Positions 50,810 to 64,000 of a stretch of DNA of 64,000 nt are shown here, piece by piece. The notes beneath the pieces are model-generated. The model saw nothing but the letters and a program-made list of their open reading frames with translations. It was not told the origin of the DNA and searched no databases. A program made the position numbers and the translations under genes. Positions within the stretch are counted from its first letter, which is position 1; each line of letters opens with the position of its first letter. The stretch is from Octopus vulgaris (lineage: Eukaryota): contig OX597816.1 in assembly GCA_951406725.2 (NCBI GenBank), forward strand, positions 39,060,001 through 39,124,000, in the 5' to 3' direction.

Positions 50810-51640
50810 TATAGTCTAACCAAACCTTGATCAGATGACATTGATTTTTTATATATGGATAAAAATATTCACAAATAAAATCTGCCTAATCAAAAATAAG
50901 TTTATAAAATAGTAGGTGACATACTGATGAAGAAAGCACATCAAGATACTGAAAGGGAAAGAAATTACCCATTTAACAAGAATGAAGGGATTAGTTTTAT
51001 CTGAGTGCGTGATGGAAGTCTGGCTTTATAGGAATTATATCAGTGATATCTAAAGGAAGTGAAACTCAAATGATGAAAAAATTTGTTGTTTGTGATGATC
51101 TCCATCACCTGTAACTCTTTAGCATTTAAACCAGACATAGCAGCCCAAATGTTTTATGTTCAAACCGGCAAGATCCAGCCTCTCACACCTATCCTACAAT
51201 ATCATTCTAAAATTGAATATATCATCAAAATCTCAAAGCTACAAGATAATGCATGATTAATTGAAAACCATGTGAATCAGTAAGCATTACATTTGACAGA
51301 TTAATCTGAAAGCTAAAAGATTAAGATATTGGAAGTGTGGGGGGAGGGGGTGATAGGTTGACAGAATGATAGTCGTTTCTGAGAAACTGTTACTTGTTTT
51401 TCGTAAGTTAAATCCCTCCAGGTGAAATTAAAAGACAGAAAAGCTTGGAGCTAACTCATAAATACTTTACTTGAGAGTAATGCAGAAAAATATTTATTAG
51501 CAACAGAGAAAGCATTAATACTGAGTGGTAATATTTATCCCTACTTAAATGTGGATGTTTTGTTAGAACAAGCTATACTGTAGTAGTTACCATGAGAGAC
51601 ACTCTCATATTGGCTTTTGTTGCAAAATGCGTTTTTGTTT

Positions 51641-51768
51641 ATATTGCTAATGGGGAGATAAATCACTACCACCTCCAGAGCCAAGATCACCAGATTACAT
51701 GATTTCAACCTCCTTTGGTCTTGCCAACTGCTAGAGACAGCAGTGATTCATCTCCCCACCAACAATAT
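51641..51768 (-). other. Hairpin with a 38-bp stem, fully paired on the - strand via G-U pairs
   Basis: 51641-51678 pairs with 51731-51768; all 9 non-Watson-Crick positions are A/C on +. Confidence 0.7.
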
Positions 51769-54399
51769 ATAAAATAACAGTGCCAGAACAGGTGTTGGTG
51801 TTATAATTAGCCAGTGAGCTTGTTGAAAAATATTTATTTAGTGAAAGAGGCAGTATTGCAATGGTAGTTAAATATCTCCTAGTTGGTGACTGTGGGCAAC
51901 TTCTGCCAAATATCAAAGACAGTGTTCTTGACCACCATTATTAGCTTTATTTCATTTAAATACTGATGCTATATTTAAAGCTTTATTATTTTTATGCATA
52001 GGGGATGTTATTCATTCTTATGATAATAATTAGAATATGCAGAATATAAAGGATCATTAACTAGAATTGTAAGTATTTCTAATATAGTACACCTGAAACA
52101 TTGTCACCTATGAATCACTAGACCTACAAAGAAAAGCGAGGAAAAGGTTAACCATTTAGATAGCAAAAGAATCAAGGTTTTTTAATAAGTTTTAAGAATT
52201 AGTCTGAAACTGGTTTATAGGAGGGATTAATTAATAGGAATATTCTTAGAAAGCTAACTAAAACTTGTGTTATTTCTTTAATCACAGATACGGGCATAAT
52301 TGTATGTTTATGAAGCTCACTTTGCAGCCACGTGGGTTTTGGGTTCAGTCCTATGGCATGTCACTTTGGGCAAGTGTCATCTGCTATAGCCCTAGGCCAA
52401 TCAAAGCCTCATGAGGAAATTTGGTAGATGGAAACTGTGTGGAAGCCTATTGTCTGTGTATATGTGTGACTTTGTGTTTGTCCCACCAGCATCACTTGAC
52501 AACTGTTGTTGTTTAATTTTACATCCCCATAATTTAGGGGTTCAGCAAAAAGATCAATAGAACATGTACTCAGGTCAATTTGTTCAACTAAACCTTTCTG
52601 GGTGATTCCCCCAGCATGGCTGTAATCCAATGATTGAAACAAGTAAAAATAAAACATAGCTACAGTTATTCTGAATACTTAGTTCATACTAATATCTAAA
52701 ATATGTTTGTTTGATTTTTGTTTTAAAATTAAATTTAATTCACATAAAATAAGTGTGATTTTTTAAAAATTCTTTCCCCTCACTCTGCGAGGTGTTCCTA
52801 TCAAAATCATAATTCAACATAGAAATTGTTATAAGACATAAAGGTATCCTGAACTTCAAGGGACTTTTGCGGTACCAGTGTTTAATATGAGACTGGTAAT
52901 GTTCCCAGATCAATCCATTTTTGATGTCTAGGGAAATAGAGGCAAAAACAGAGCAGTATTCGTCTCAGAAACAGTGAATTAGAACTCTTGACTCATGAGT
53001 CAGGAGTGAGTAGTATAAATGCATAAAATTGTTCAAAAGTAATGTATGTATTGGAGTACTGATTCCAGAAGGATAAAAGTTAAAATTATTCCCTAAGTAG
53101 ATTTGAACACAGGAACATGAGGTGTCAGATTAATTGTAGTTGTTATTTAATCCCAGATCATCTCTAATCAACCAGACCTACAATAAAAGCCTTCCACCTA
53201 TGACCATCTCATCTTACATTCAGACAATATATTTCTAACTACAGTATCCCATGCTTCTTTCTATTTTTAATATGGTATCATGTGGTTTCATGAGAATCTG
53301 GCTGCTATTCCTAGCGAGTCAAGTAACCACTTATGTTTGACATCGCATATACTTGTGCCACATAAAAAGTACTCTGTTCACCCTGTTGTGTGGTTGGTGT
53401 TAGAAAGGGCATCCAGCTGTAAAAACCATGCCAAAACAGACACAGCAGTCTGGTGCAGGCAGATGTTAAACGATGATGATGATGATAGCAATTAGTTGAA
53501 TAAGTACTGCACTTGTTTTGTCTTTGAGTATCACTCCTGGTCAAGTAGATAAAAAATGTGTACATGTATGTGTATAATTTATAGAATACTTTCTACTGTT
53601 GAAACAAAACTATTATGATAGTTATGAGTATTCTTTTCTACTCTTGGCACAAGGCCTGAAATTTGGGGGGAGAGGGCCAGTTGATTAGATCAACCCTAGT
53701 ACACAACTGGTACTTAATTTATTGACCCTGAAAAGATGAAAAGCAAAATCAACCTCGGTGGAATTTGAACTCAAAATGTAAAGACAGACGAAATACCGCT
53801 AAGCGTTTCGCCCCGCGTGCTAATGTTTCTGCCAACTCACCGCCTTATGATAATTATGAGTATTACATTAGCTATAGTACTGTTGTTGTATATATTGTAG
53901 CTAAGTAACTACAGAATGCTAAAATGGCTATAGTCATAGTAGTTCTCTGTTTGAGGATTGTGTTCAATAAATGAAATTACTAACTCCTCAAATAACATGC
54001 CAGTGTCTGCTTAGTCTACACACAGGTGTTCTCTTAACCTAATTTTTAAGCAGAATCAACAAGGTATAATGTATGTGTGACTAGGTTGTGCCTTGTAAAT
54101 TACAGGTACAATCCACCTGATGAGCTTTGATGTACTTTCCAGCTACCCAATTTCACTCACAAGGTATGGGTCAACCCAAGACTATATGAAATGTTCTCAG
54201 CCTTTTCACTAGTAACAACACCTTTTATTTAATCCTTTAGCATTTAAACCGACCATATCAGGCCCAAATATTGTACCTTGTTTTATGTTCAATTCAGCCT
54301 CTTACATCAACCATGCAATGTCATTTTGAAAATAAACAATCACTTCATTGATATTTTGAAGCTACAAGGTAATGCATGGTTAATTCAAAATAATATGAA

Positions 54400-54872
54400 T
54401 ACCGTAAATCCTCGTGTATAGCCCGCCCTTGAGTATAATACGCAGGGAATTTTTAGGGGGCTGTACCTCTGAAAAACCTAAACCTTGTGTATAATAAGCA
54501 ACCCTTCTCTAACTTGAGTCAAGGAGGTTTATATAACGTCCTTTATTATTATTATATATATAACATAATGCAAACATGTAGCTTTTTTGTGCATTTTGTT
54601 TGCAGAAAATAAAGAAATAACAGTAATAACGTTTAATGAATGTTGCTTACTGCAAGTTATGGATGATTCTTTTATGACTTCATTGCTTTAAGGTATTTTT
54701 GTGCCCGACATCACAAAATGTGTCTGAATAAAAATTGCCGGACAGCAAATAGAGACTCAGACATTGCTTAGAAAATATTTTTCATTTTTAACCTCATATA
54801 TAGTACACACTGGGGATTTTGACTTTTAAATTTTGGGGAAAAAATGCAGATTATACTCGAGGATTTATGGTA
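54400..54872. mobile_element. Tc1/pogo-type MITE nested in a piggyBac-like MITE
   Basis: taccgtaaatcctcg ... cgaggatttatggta TIRs; the host element continues on both sides. Confidence 0.8.
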
Positions 54873-57748
54873 TATAAGCATTACATTTGACAGAGTAATC
54901 TGCATGCTAAAGAGTTCAGTGAAATTTCCTACAGATCACCAGTTTCTGAAACGCAACATATTTTGAACTCTGCTTATGGACTTCAGTATATTTCTGTGGA
55001 CACCCAAAAATTTGCAGAATTTAGCTTATGAAGTAATTACCTACAAGTTAGATACACATGGCCCTCTTTCCCTTCAGTTCTCATATCTTTGATATTCTTT
55101 TGAGTGAAAGGTGCAATGGTCTAGAGGATGTTTGATTCTGCTTGTCTTTACTTGGGTACCACAAACAAGCGCGAGGGCATGACACATCAGGAAGAAAGTC
55201 TTTCCTTCTAGAAGCTGTGTGATTAAAAAGCTTACTTCCCAACAATATGGTTCCTGGTTCAGTCCCACTGTGTGGCATGTTAGGCAAGTCTCTTCTACTT
55301 TAGCCCTGGGTTAACTAAAGCCTTCTGAGTGGATATGGTAGATGGGGCCTGAAAGAAGTCTATTTCATGTACATATACATGTGTGTCTGTGTTTATGGCT
55401 CCTTGCCTTGACATCGTAAGATAGTTGTAAATAATTGTCACTGTCATACAAGCAGTATCATTTGTTTTCAATATTCTGCAAGATCCTGTTTGGTCATGAG
55501 GAAATATTACCTTATTTAGAAACAGGTTTAGGTGTATGACAGGAAGAGAATATGACCATAGAAAGTCTGCCTCAATGATCTTCACCTGACCCAGGCAAGT
55601 ATAGAAAACTGGGTGTTAACACTTGATATTGAGAGCTGAGATATTGACAGAGTTATTACTGGTACTAATTATTCTATTAATCCACACTGACTCCAGATGA
55701 AGCATCCTTTAGTTAGTCTGTCAACTCGAGAATACATAGCCAATTAAATGGGCCCCAATATATTAACCCTTTTGCTTTTAAACTGGCTAGATCTGGCCTC
55801 TCACACCTACCATTTAATGTCATTCTAAATAAACAATCCCATCATTGAAACCTCAAAGCTACGAGATAGTGCATGATCAGCTCAAAACAATACAAATAAA
55901 TAAACATTACATTTGACAGAGTAATCTGAATGCTAAAGTGTTAAAGGTATTTAATGTCACCCTTCCTCCACAAACAGATGAGTGGCAAGGTGACTTTTAA
56001 GGGACTTGAACTTATGTTTTGCAGTATTTTGTCACACTTTGCCTTTGTGCCAAACCAGATCTCAACTTCTTAAAAATATGAGTCAAAATTTCCCCAAATC
56101 ACATCTTACTATCTTAAGAAGGACACATAAAATAATATAGTCTTAGATACACAATTTTGAAAATGGGATGGGATTCATAGCTGGATCAAGTTTAATCACA
56201 ATTCTGCTTAATCAAGGCTGGCTTAGGGCTAAACAACAATACTGACATATTCAAGACAATATCTACTTTGTATTAGGTAAGAATATCATTATGGTTTGAT
56301 AGGCAATCCTTCTATTGGTGCCATGATAGAAATTTCACTCAAATATTCTAATTAAATGTAACGATGTTGACATAAAATTCTCAATTAGGCACAGGCATCA
56401 ACCATGTAATTTCAAGTTCGGTCTCACTGCACAGCAACTTGGCAAGTGTCTTTGGCTATAGCCCAGGCTGACCAATGCCTTGTGAAAAGATTTGGTAGAT
56501 GAAAGCTGTAAAGAAGCCTGTCATATATCCTCATCATTTAACGTCCGTTTTCCATGCTGGCATGGGTTGGACGGTTTGACAGGAGCTGTCCAGGCTCCCT
56601 TTGTTTCTTTTGGCATGGTCTCGATGGCCAACCATTTTACAGAGTGTATTGGATGCTTTTACACAACACTGGCACAGGCACTTTTATGTGGCATCAGCGC
56701 CCAAGAACCCACAAGATTAGGATTGCTCAGCTGAAGAGGAATGTAGGGAACATACCTGTATGCAAGAACAACCATGATTTTACTTATCTTGATATGTCTT
56801 CTGAAGTGTGTCTGTATATATGTGTGTGTGTGTGTGTGTGTGTGAACAATGAGAATGAGTGCTCAACATGGCATTAGTGGATAAAATTTCTTTATTTGTG
56901 TTTTTATCCAAAAAGGAGATGAACACCATTCCTCCATATGATCAGCTTGAAAAATTAAGATATTAAGACATTTCCTTAACATGAAACCAACAGTAGCCTT
57001 AATACATAAACAGACATATATATAGTGGCTGTGTGGTAAGTAGCTTGCTAACCAACCACATGGTTCCGGGTTCAGTCCCACTGCGTGGCATCTTGGGCAA
57101 GTGTCTTCTGCTATAGCCCCGGGCCGACCAATGCCTTGTGAGTGGATTTGGTAGACGGAAACTGAAAGAAGCCTGTCGTATATATGTATATATATGTATG
57201 TGTGTGTGTGTGTGTGTGTGTGTCCCTAGCATTGCTTGACAACCGATGCTGGTGTGTTTATATCCTCGTTACTTAGCGGTTCGGCAAAAGAGACCGATAG
57301 AATAAGCACTGGGTTTACAAAAAAAGAATATGTCCCGAGATCGAGTTGCTCGATTAAAGGCGGTGCTCCAGCATGGCCGCAGTCAAATGACTGAAACAAG
57401 TAAAAGAGAGTAAAAGATATATATATCATCATCATCATCGTTTAACATCCATCATCTATGCATGCATGAGTGGGACAGGGGCTGGCCAGGTACAAAAACT
57501 GCCCTAGGCTACTGTCTGCTTTGGCAGGGATGCCCTTCCTAACACCAACCACTCCGCAGAGTGGATGCTGCTTTTTACGTGGCACTAATACAGACGAGGT
57601 TAGTTTTGGCATGATTTTTACAGCTAGACACCCTTCCAAATGCCAACCAGTGTTACAGTGTGGACTCAATGCTTTTTCACATAGCACCAACACTGGCAGG
57701 GTAACCAAGTAACTTGTAAGACAAGGAATTATGAAAAGGACAGGGGCA

Positions 57749-57876
57749 TTTTGGAATGGTGAAACTTGAAGCAGTCAAAAGTATAACCAATAACTAGCCA
57801 ACCAAGGGGTTTTTAACCCGATATGTACACGCTATTACTTATAGCTTTTTTGCTTGAAGCTTCACCATTCCCAAAA
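57749..57876. repeat. Imperfect inverted repeat (about 38-bp arms), MITE-like
   Basis: ttttggaatggtgaaacttgaagca versus tgcttgaagcttcaccattcccaaaa. Confidence 0.6.
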
Positions 57877-60800
57877 GGAATTATTTCCCATTCTCTTAAG
57901 GTTTCCAAATTCTTATGATATCAACTATATATATATATATATACTCTTTTACTTGTTTCAGTCATTTGACTGTGGCCATGCTTTAGTCAAGCAAATTGAC
58001 CCCAGGACTTATTCTTTGTAAGTCTTGTACTTATTTTATCAGTCTCTTTTGCCAAACCGCTAAGTTACAGGGAAACACACCACCATCGGTTGTCAAGCGA
58101 TGTTGAGGGGACAAACACAGACACGCAAACATATACACACACATACGTATGTATATATATACATATATACGATGGGCTTCTTTCAGTTTCCATCTAACAA
58201 ATCCACTCACAAGGCTTTGTTCGGCCCGAGGCTATAGTAGAAGACACTTACTTAAGGTGCCCCGCAGTGGGACTGAACCTGGAACCATGTGGTTCGTAAG
58301 CAAGCTACTTACCACACAGCCACTCCTACGCCTATATATATATATATGTGTGTGTGTGTGTTTGTGTACCTTTTTGTCCTTCACCACTACTTGACAACTG
58401 GCGTTGGTTCGTTTACATCTTTATAACATATCAGTTCAGCAAAAAAGACTGATAGAATAAGTGTCAGACTTAAAAATAAGTCCTGGGTTCGATTTGTTAA
58501 ACTAAACCCTTCAAAGCAGTCCAATAACTGAAATAAGCAAATGATAAATTAACTGAAATTTCCCTTTTAAGTAGAAGACAGCAAAAACCTGTTAGTGATC
58601 ATTGAAGAAAGAGAGAGATGATTTTATGAAATTGAGAATTTGCATAAGGGGAAAATATGAGTTTTGTTAACAGATACTTTGGTAGGGGAATATAATCTTC
58701 ATGCATTTATTAGATCAATCAGCATGGATTTTTTTGATATGTAGAACATGACTTATGAACAGTTATTGGAAGATAATGATTTGCATAATTATATTATAAA
58801 AATATAAAAGCTAAGAGAAATAATTCATGTAGGCCAGTTACATTAATTTAGATAAATCAGACAGATGATGATGTACTAAATGATGCATACAAAAAATTCT
58901 CAGTCTCAGTTAAGTGAAATTTGTTTCTCTGTTTGAGAAAGACAACAAAAACCTAGTGGTAGTTGTCAATGATACTCAAAGAAAAGGGGGAAATAATATC
59001 AAGAACTTAAGAAGTAATTTGGCTGCATGATAAGAAGTTTGCTTCCCATTCATATGATTTCAAGTTCAGTTCCACCTGCATGGCGCCATGGACAAATATC
59101 TTCTACTATACCCTTGGACTAACCAAAGCCTTGGGAATGTATTTGTGGACAGCAATGGAAAGAAGCCCATCTTATATGTGTGTGTGTCTTTGTGTTTGCA
59201 TTTGTTCCCCCCCACGACTCAATAATTGGTGTTATCTTATGTCCCAATAACTTAGCAGCTCAGGAAAAGAGACCAATATAATAAGTTCCAGATTTTAAAA
59301 AAATGAATCGAAATTGAACCAATCTTATGACTGGCACCCGGCAGATGCCAGGACCCCTGGACTGGAGATACGTAAAAAGCACTATCCGAATCGTGGCCGA
59401 TGCCAGCGCCGCCTCGACTGGCTTCCGTGTCGGTGGCACGTAAAAAGCACCATCCGAATCGTGGCCGAAGCCAGTGCCGCCTCGACTGGCTTCCGTGCAG
59501 GTGGCACGTAAAATGCACCAATCCGACCGTGGCCGATGACAGCCTCGCCTGGCACCTGTGCAGGTGGCACGTAAAAAGCACTCACTACACTCACGGAGTG
59601 GTTGGCGTTAGGAAGGGCATCCAGCTGTAGAAACATTGCCATATAAGACCGGAGCCTGGTGCAGCCTTCTGGCTTCCCAGATCCCCGGTCGAACCGTCCA
59701 ACCCATGCTAGCATGGAGAACAGACGTTAAACGATGATGATGATGATGATGAAGTACTGGGGGCAATTTGCTTGACTAAGATGGTTCCCCTGCATGGCCA
59801 TAGTCCAATGACTGAAACTAATAAAAGATAAACGATAGCTAAGGAAAAATCTAGTTTTTCTTTGCCAACAAAAAGACAACTTTAGACATGTTTCAGTTTT
59901 ATTGGAGATCAAGCTAACATGATCAATCAACAAAGGATTTTTGGCAAGGAATAATTTACAGTGATCTAAGGCAAATAACTCAAGTGGCTCAATAACATGG
60001 ATTTAGATATATCAGGTAGTGGCTGATGTACTGAATGATCTATACAAAATATTCCCAAATAATTGAAATATCCATGTTAAAAAAAAGAAATCAAAAATAG
60101 GGGTAGTTGTTGGTGACTGTCAAAGAAAAAGGGAAAATAATTTCTAGAAATATGAAATTAATTTACACATCAAAGAGAAAAATCTGATGCTTGTTTACTG
60201 GTAAGAGGGATAAATTTGGACAAATTTTGGTCTTGAAACTTGTCAAAATCTCAAAACAGTCTTGCATAGATTATACTATGTTGATGAGATCTAATAAGAC
60301 TGAAGCATGTCTAGAATTGTCTTCTTGCTAGCAAATAAAGATCAGGTTTTCTCCTTAAGTATCTTTTATCTTTTACTTATTTCAGTTACATGTTGGGTCA
60401 AATGCCTCAAAGGATTTTAGTAAAAAAAAAATCACCCTCATTACTTAACTCTGGTGCTCATTCTATCAGACTCTTTTGCCAAGCCACTACGTTAAGGGGG
60501 CATGAACAAACCAACACCAGTTGTCAAGTGGTGATGAGGGACAACACATAAAGACACATATATACACACAGTTTGCATCTACCAAATTCACTTACAAGAC
60601 ACATGTTGGCCCAGGACTGTTGTAGGTGCTTGCCTAAGGTACTGTGCAATGGGACTGAACCCAAAACCACATGGTTGCAAAGCAAGCTTCTTAACAACAC
60701 ACCTTTGCCTGTACCTAGAGGCAACTATAAGCATCTTTTACTTGTTTCAGTCATTAGACTGTGGCCATGCTGGAGCACCACCTTGAATATACAATTATAT

Positions 60801-63800
60801 TTTGGAGTGGCTGTATGGTAACTAGCTTGCTTATCAGCCACATGGTTCTGGGTTCAGTCCCACTGTGTGGCACCTTGGGCAAGTGTCCTCTACTATAGCC
60901 TCGGGCCAACCAAAGCCTTGTGAGTGGATTTGGTAGCAGCATCACTTGACAACCGATGCTGGTGTGTTTACATTCCCATTACTTAGCTGTTCGGCAAAAG
61001 AGACCGATAGAATAAGTTCTAGGCTTACAAAGAATAAGTCCTGGGGTCGATTTGTTCGACTAAAGGCGGTGCTCCAGCATGGCCACAGTCAAATGACTGA
61101 AACAAGTAAAAGAGTAAAGAGTTTCTATTGAGAGTTGATAATTACTGTTAGATTTTCCTTCTCTTTTTTTTTGCTTTCTTTTTTTTTCCTTTAACTGAGA
61201 GGAATCTAACTTTATTTAGGATTTCTTTTGTGTGAACATCATTCATTACCTAGATTAGTTAGGTAAATTTATACCGTTTATCAGCTAGAGTTAATTCCTT
61301 TAGGGTATTCAACTCATGTTCATGAGGTTACAAGTGGAGGTACGTGGCCTAGTGGTTAGAGCAGCGGACTCGCAGTCGAGGGATTGCGGGTTCGAAACTC
61401 AGACTGGGTGATGTGTGTGTTTATGAGCGAAACACCTAAGCTCCATGCGGCTCCAGCAGAAGGTAATGGCAAACTTCTGCTGACTCTTTCACCACAATTT
61501 TCTCTCGCTCTTTCCTCCTGCATCTTGCAGCTCACCTGCGATGGACCGGTGTCCCATCCAGGTGGGGAACCTATATGCCAAGGAAACCGGGAAACCAGCC
61601 CTTATGAGCCAGGCATGCCTCAAGAAGGAACAAACATGAGGTTACAAGTTCAATTCCTAGACCATATAGTATATTCTATCCTTCAGCAAACCAATCCATT
61701 TCATGTTACTCCACTCTGTTTCACTGTAATACGTACAGATATGTGCCAGTGCCATCCTCAATCTCTCCATATTCTGGATGCTCCACTGGGTTGAAGGTAA
61801 AAAGGCCAAGATGATGCCTGTGTCTGCTTACAGCTACATAGACACCTAAATTGGTAGAAGCATGATTCATGCTATCAGACCATTCTTACTTGCTTGCAAG
61901 TAATGACTGACTGCATATATACTTCACCTTTTAAGATGGTAGGATGTTATTCGAAGGCAGTTTGGTTGCTATTTCAAGTGATCATGTAGAGGCTTGTTGT
62001 CCCTCTAGATATGGGAAATATAAAGAGTATCTATATGTGTGTGTAGATAGAGAGAGGGAGAGGGAGAGAGAGAGATGTGCAGGCTCATAGCTATATGGTT
62101 AAGAAGCTGACTTTGCAACCACATGATTTCAAGTTCAGTCCCTCTGAAGGCACCTTGGGCAAGTGTCTTTTACTATGTCCCCAGGCCAGCCAAGGCTTTG
62201 TGGGTGAATTTAGTTGACAGAAACTGAATGGAAAGTGGTGAGCTGGCAGAAGCATGCTGGGCAAAATGCTTTGCGGTATTTCGTCTGCCGTTACATTCTG
62301 AGTTCAAATTCCGCCAAGGTTGACTTTGCCTTTCATCCTTTTGGGGTCGATAAATTGAGTACCAGTTACGCACTGGGGTCAATGTAATCAACTTAATCCC
62401 TTTGTCTGTCCTTGTTTGTCCCCTCTATGTTTAGCCCCTTGTGGCCAATAAAGAAATAAGAAACTGAATGGAAGTCCATTGTGTATATGTGCATGTGTGT
62501 GTGTGTGTGTCTATGTTTGTCCCCTACACCATTTGACAATAGGTGTAGGTTTGTTTACATCTGTCTTAGGAGTCCAACAAGAGAGACTGATAGAACAAGT
62601 ATAAGACTTAAAGGTAAAATAAGAACTGGGGTTGATTTGTTTGACTAAAACCCTTCAAGGTGATGCCCCAGCATGGCTTCAATTCAATGACTGAAACAAG
62701 TAAAAGAAAAGAAAAGAAGATATGTATATATTTGTGTCTCTCTGTTTGTCCCCCAACATCACATCTCGGTCACTTAACAGTTTGGTAAGAAAGACCAATA
62801 GAATAAGTACTAGGCTTACAAAGAATAAGTCCTGTGGTCAATTTGCTTGACTAAAGGCAGTGCTCCAGCTTGGCTGCAGTCAATTGACTGAAACAAATAA
62901 AAGAAAAAAAAAGGAAAATACTAACATCAGCAGATGGAAAATACAACTGGAAGCTGCTGTGTGTATCTGAAAAGCTCAGAAAGAAGTGGTAGACCCTCAT
63001 TATGTAACAGATAGGGAACTGGTAATTAAGGAACCAAGAGGAAAGATGGATGAATGCTTAAGAGAGGACGGGCAATTTGAGACTTAGGGTGAGAGCAGAA
63101 GAGACTATCTTACAACTGTTGATAATGCTTGACTGAACGAATGAGACAAAGGTAGATATTGGAGGTAGTGTTGTTGGTGGTGGTGATGGTGGGGGGGGGT
63201 CAATGATGACAAGATGATTATACTGTTCTTTAGACTCAAGTCACCCATGATCATGTAGATCTATGACAAAAAGACCTCTAGTTGTCACCTCCCTATATTT
63301 AATTTTTTTTTCTTTCTACAGATGTAGCCTATATAAGACTACATTATCCAATGTATCTTTTTTTTTTAATTCATAGGGTGTGATTTAACCCTTTTATTGC
63401 ACAAATCAGATATGTTCACTCAAAATTTCATTACATTTAACTGCAGAAAGTAGTTTGTATATTAAAAATATAAATAAATGCGCCCTTTTAAAGCCTAGCG
63501 AGGCTCATGGGCCCGGTTTCCCGGTTTCTATGGCGCATGTGTTCCCCAGCTGGACGGGACACCAGTCCATCACTGCGTTACTCATTTTTGCCAGCTGAGT
63601 GGACTGGAGCAATGTGCAATGAAGTGTTTTGCTCAAGAACACAACAAATTACCCGGTCCAGGAATCGAAACCTCAATCTTACGATCATGATGCTGACACC
63701 CTAACCACTAAGCCACGCGCTTTTACAGTTTATATATAAATCTATCTTTTATTGAGGAATATCATGTTTGAAACCAATTTTTGTTGAGATATGTCAAGTT

Positions 63801-64000
63801 TATTGAGGCAACAAGACAAGCAGAAAATAGCCTTTTTTTGTTTGTTTTTGGTAGATATTTAACATGATTTCTGGAATAAACATGAAATTGAATTTTATTG
63901 TTAAAGAATTAAGAAAGTTTTGGCTGCAGTTTCTAGAACATTGTGTGCAACAATGTAGAGGCTTAAGTGGTGCTGGTGCCACATAAAAAGCACCCAGTAC

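Noticed and set aside
54117-54140. CTGATGA core matches (also near 26969, 44049, 50925; CTGAAGA near 44590 and 46473)
   Set aside because: No stem II followed directly by GAAA and stem III; expected chance 7-mers
61739-61796. CQCHPQ resembling a furin Cys-rich repeat
   Set aside because: Lacks the following cysteines and stops shortly after; the phase-0 reading has no recognisable homology

Overview
AT-rich, microsatellite- and transposon-dense animal DNA, most likely octopus or another cephalopod (inferred from the tRNA-headed SINE families and the (TA)n/(CAT)n/(ATT)n tracts). The only real protein gene is the middle and 3' part of a + strand furin-like proprotein convertase (kexin/S8B family). 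Eight GT-AG exons between 609 and 29508 splice in frame and encode the catalytic His, oxyanion Asn and catalytic Ser, then the P-domain with RRGDL. The 5' exons lie upstream of the window and the C-terminal exons are uncertain. Almost all other ORFs in the track are repeat-derived. Introns and downstream DNA hold SINEs, R4/Dong, RTE and CR1 LINE remnants, a mariner fossil, several MITEs and Helitrons. The most striking unannotated signal is a cluster of about 9-10 type I hammerhead-ribozyme-like motifs in 34.8-50.8 kb, on several unrelated short elements that are often embedded in (TA)n and look like Penelope pseudo-LTRs. They show a natural series of catalytic-core variants: C3-G8, U3-A8, G3-C8, U4C and A6U. 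One copy (40451-40510, - strand) looks fully intact. There are also several intronic hairpins, one with a strong strand bias in its mismatches. Structures were folded by eye and no searches were run.
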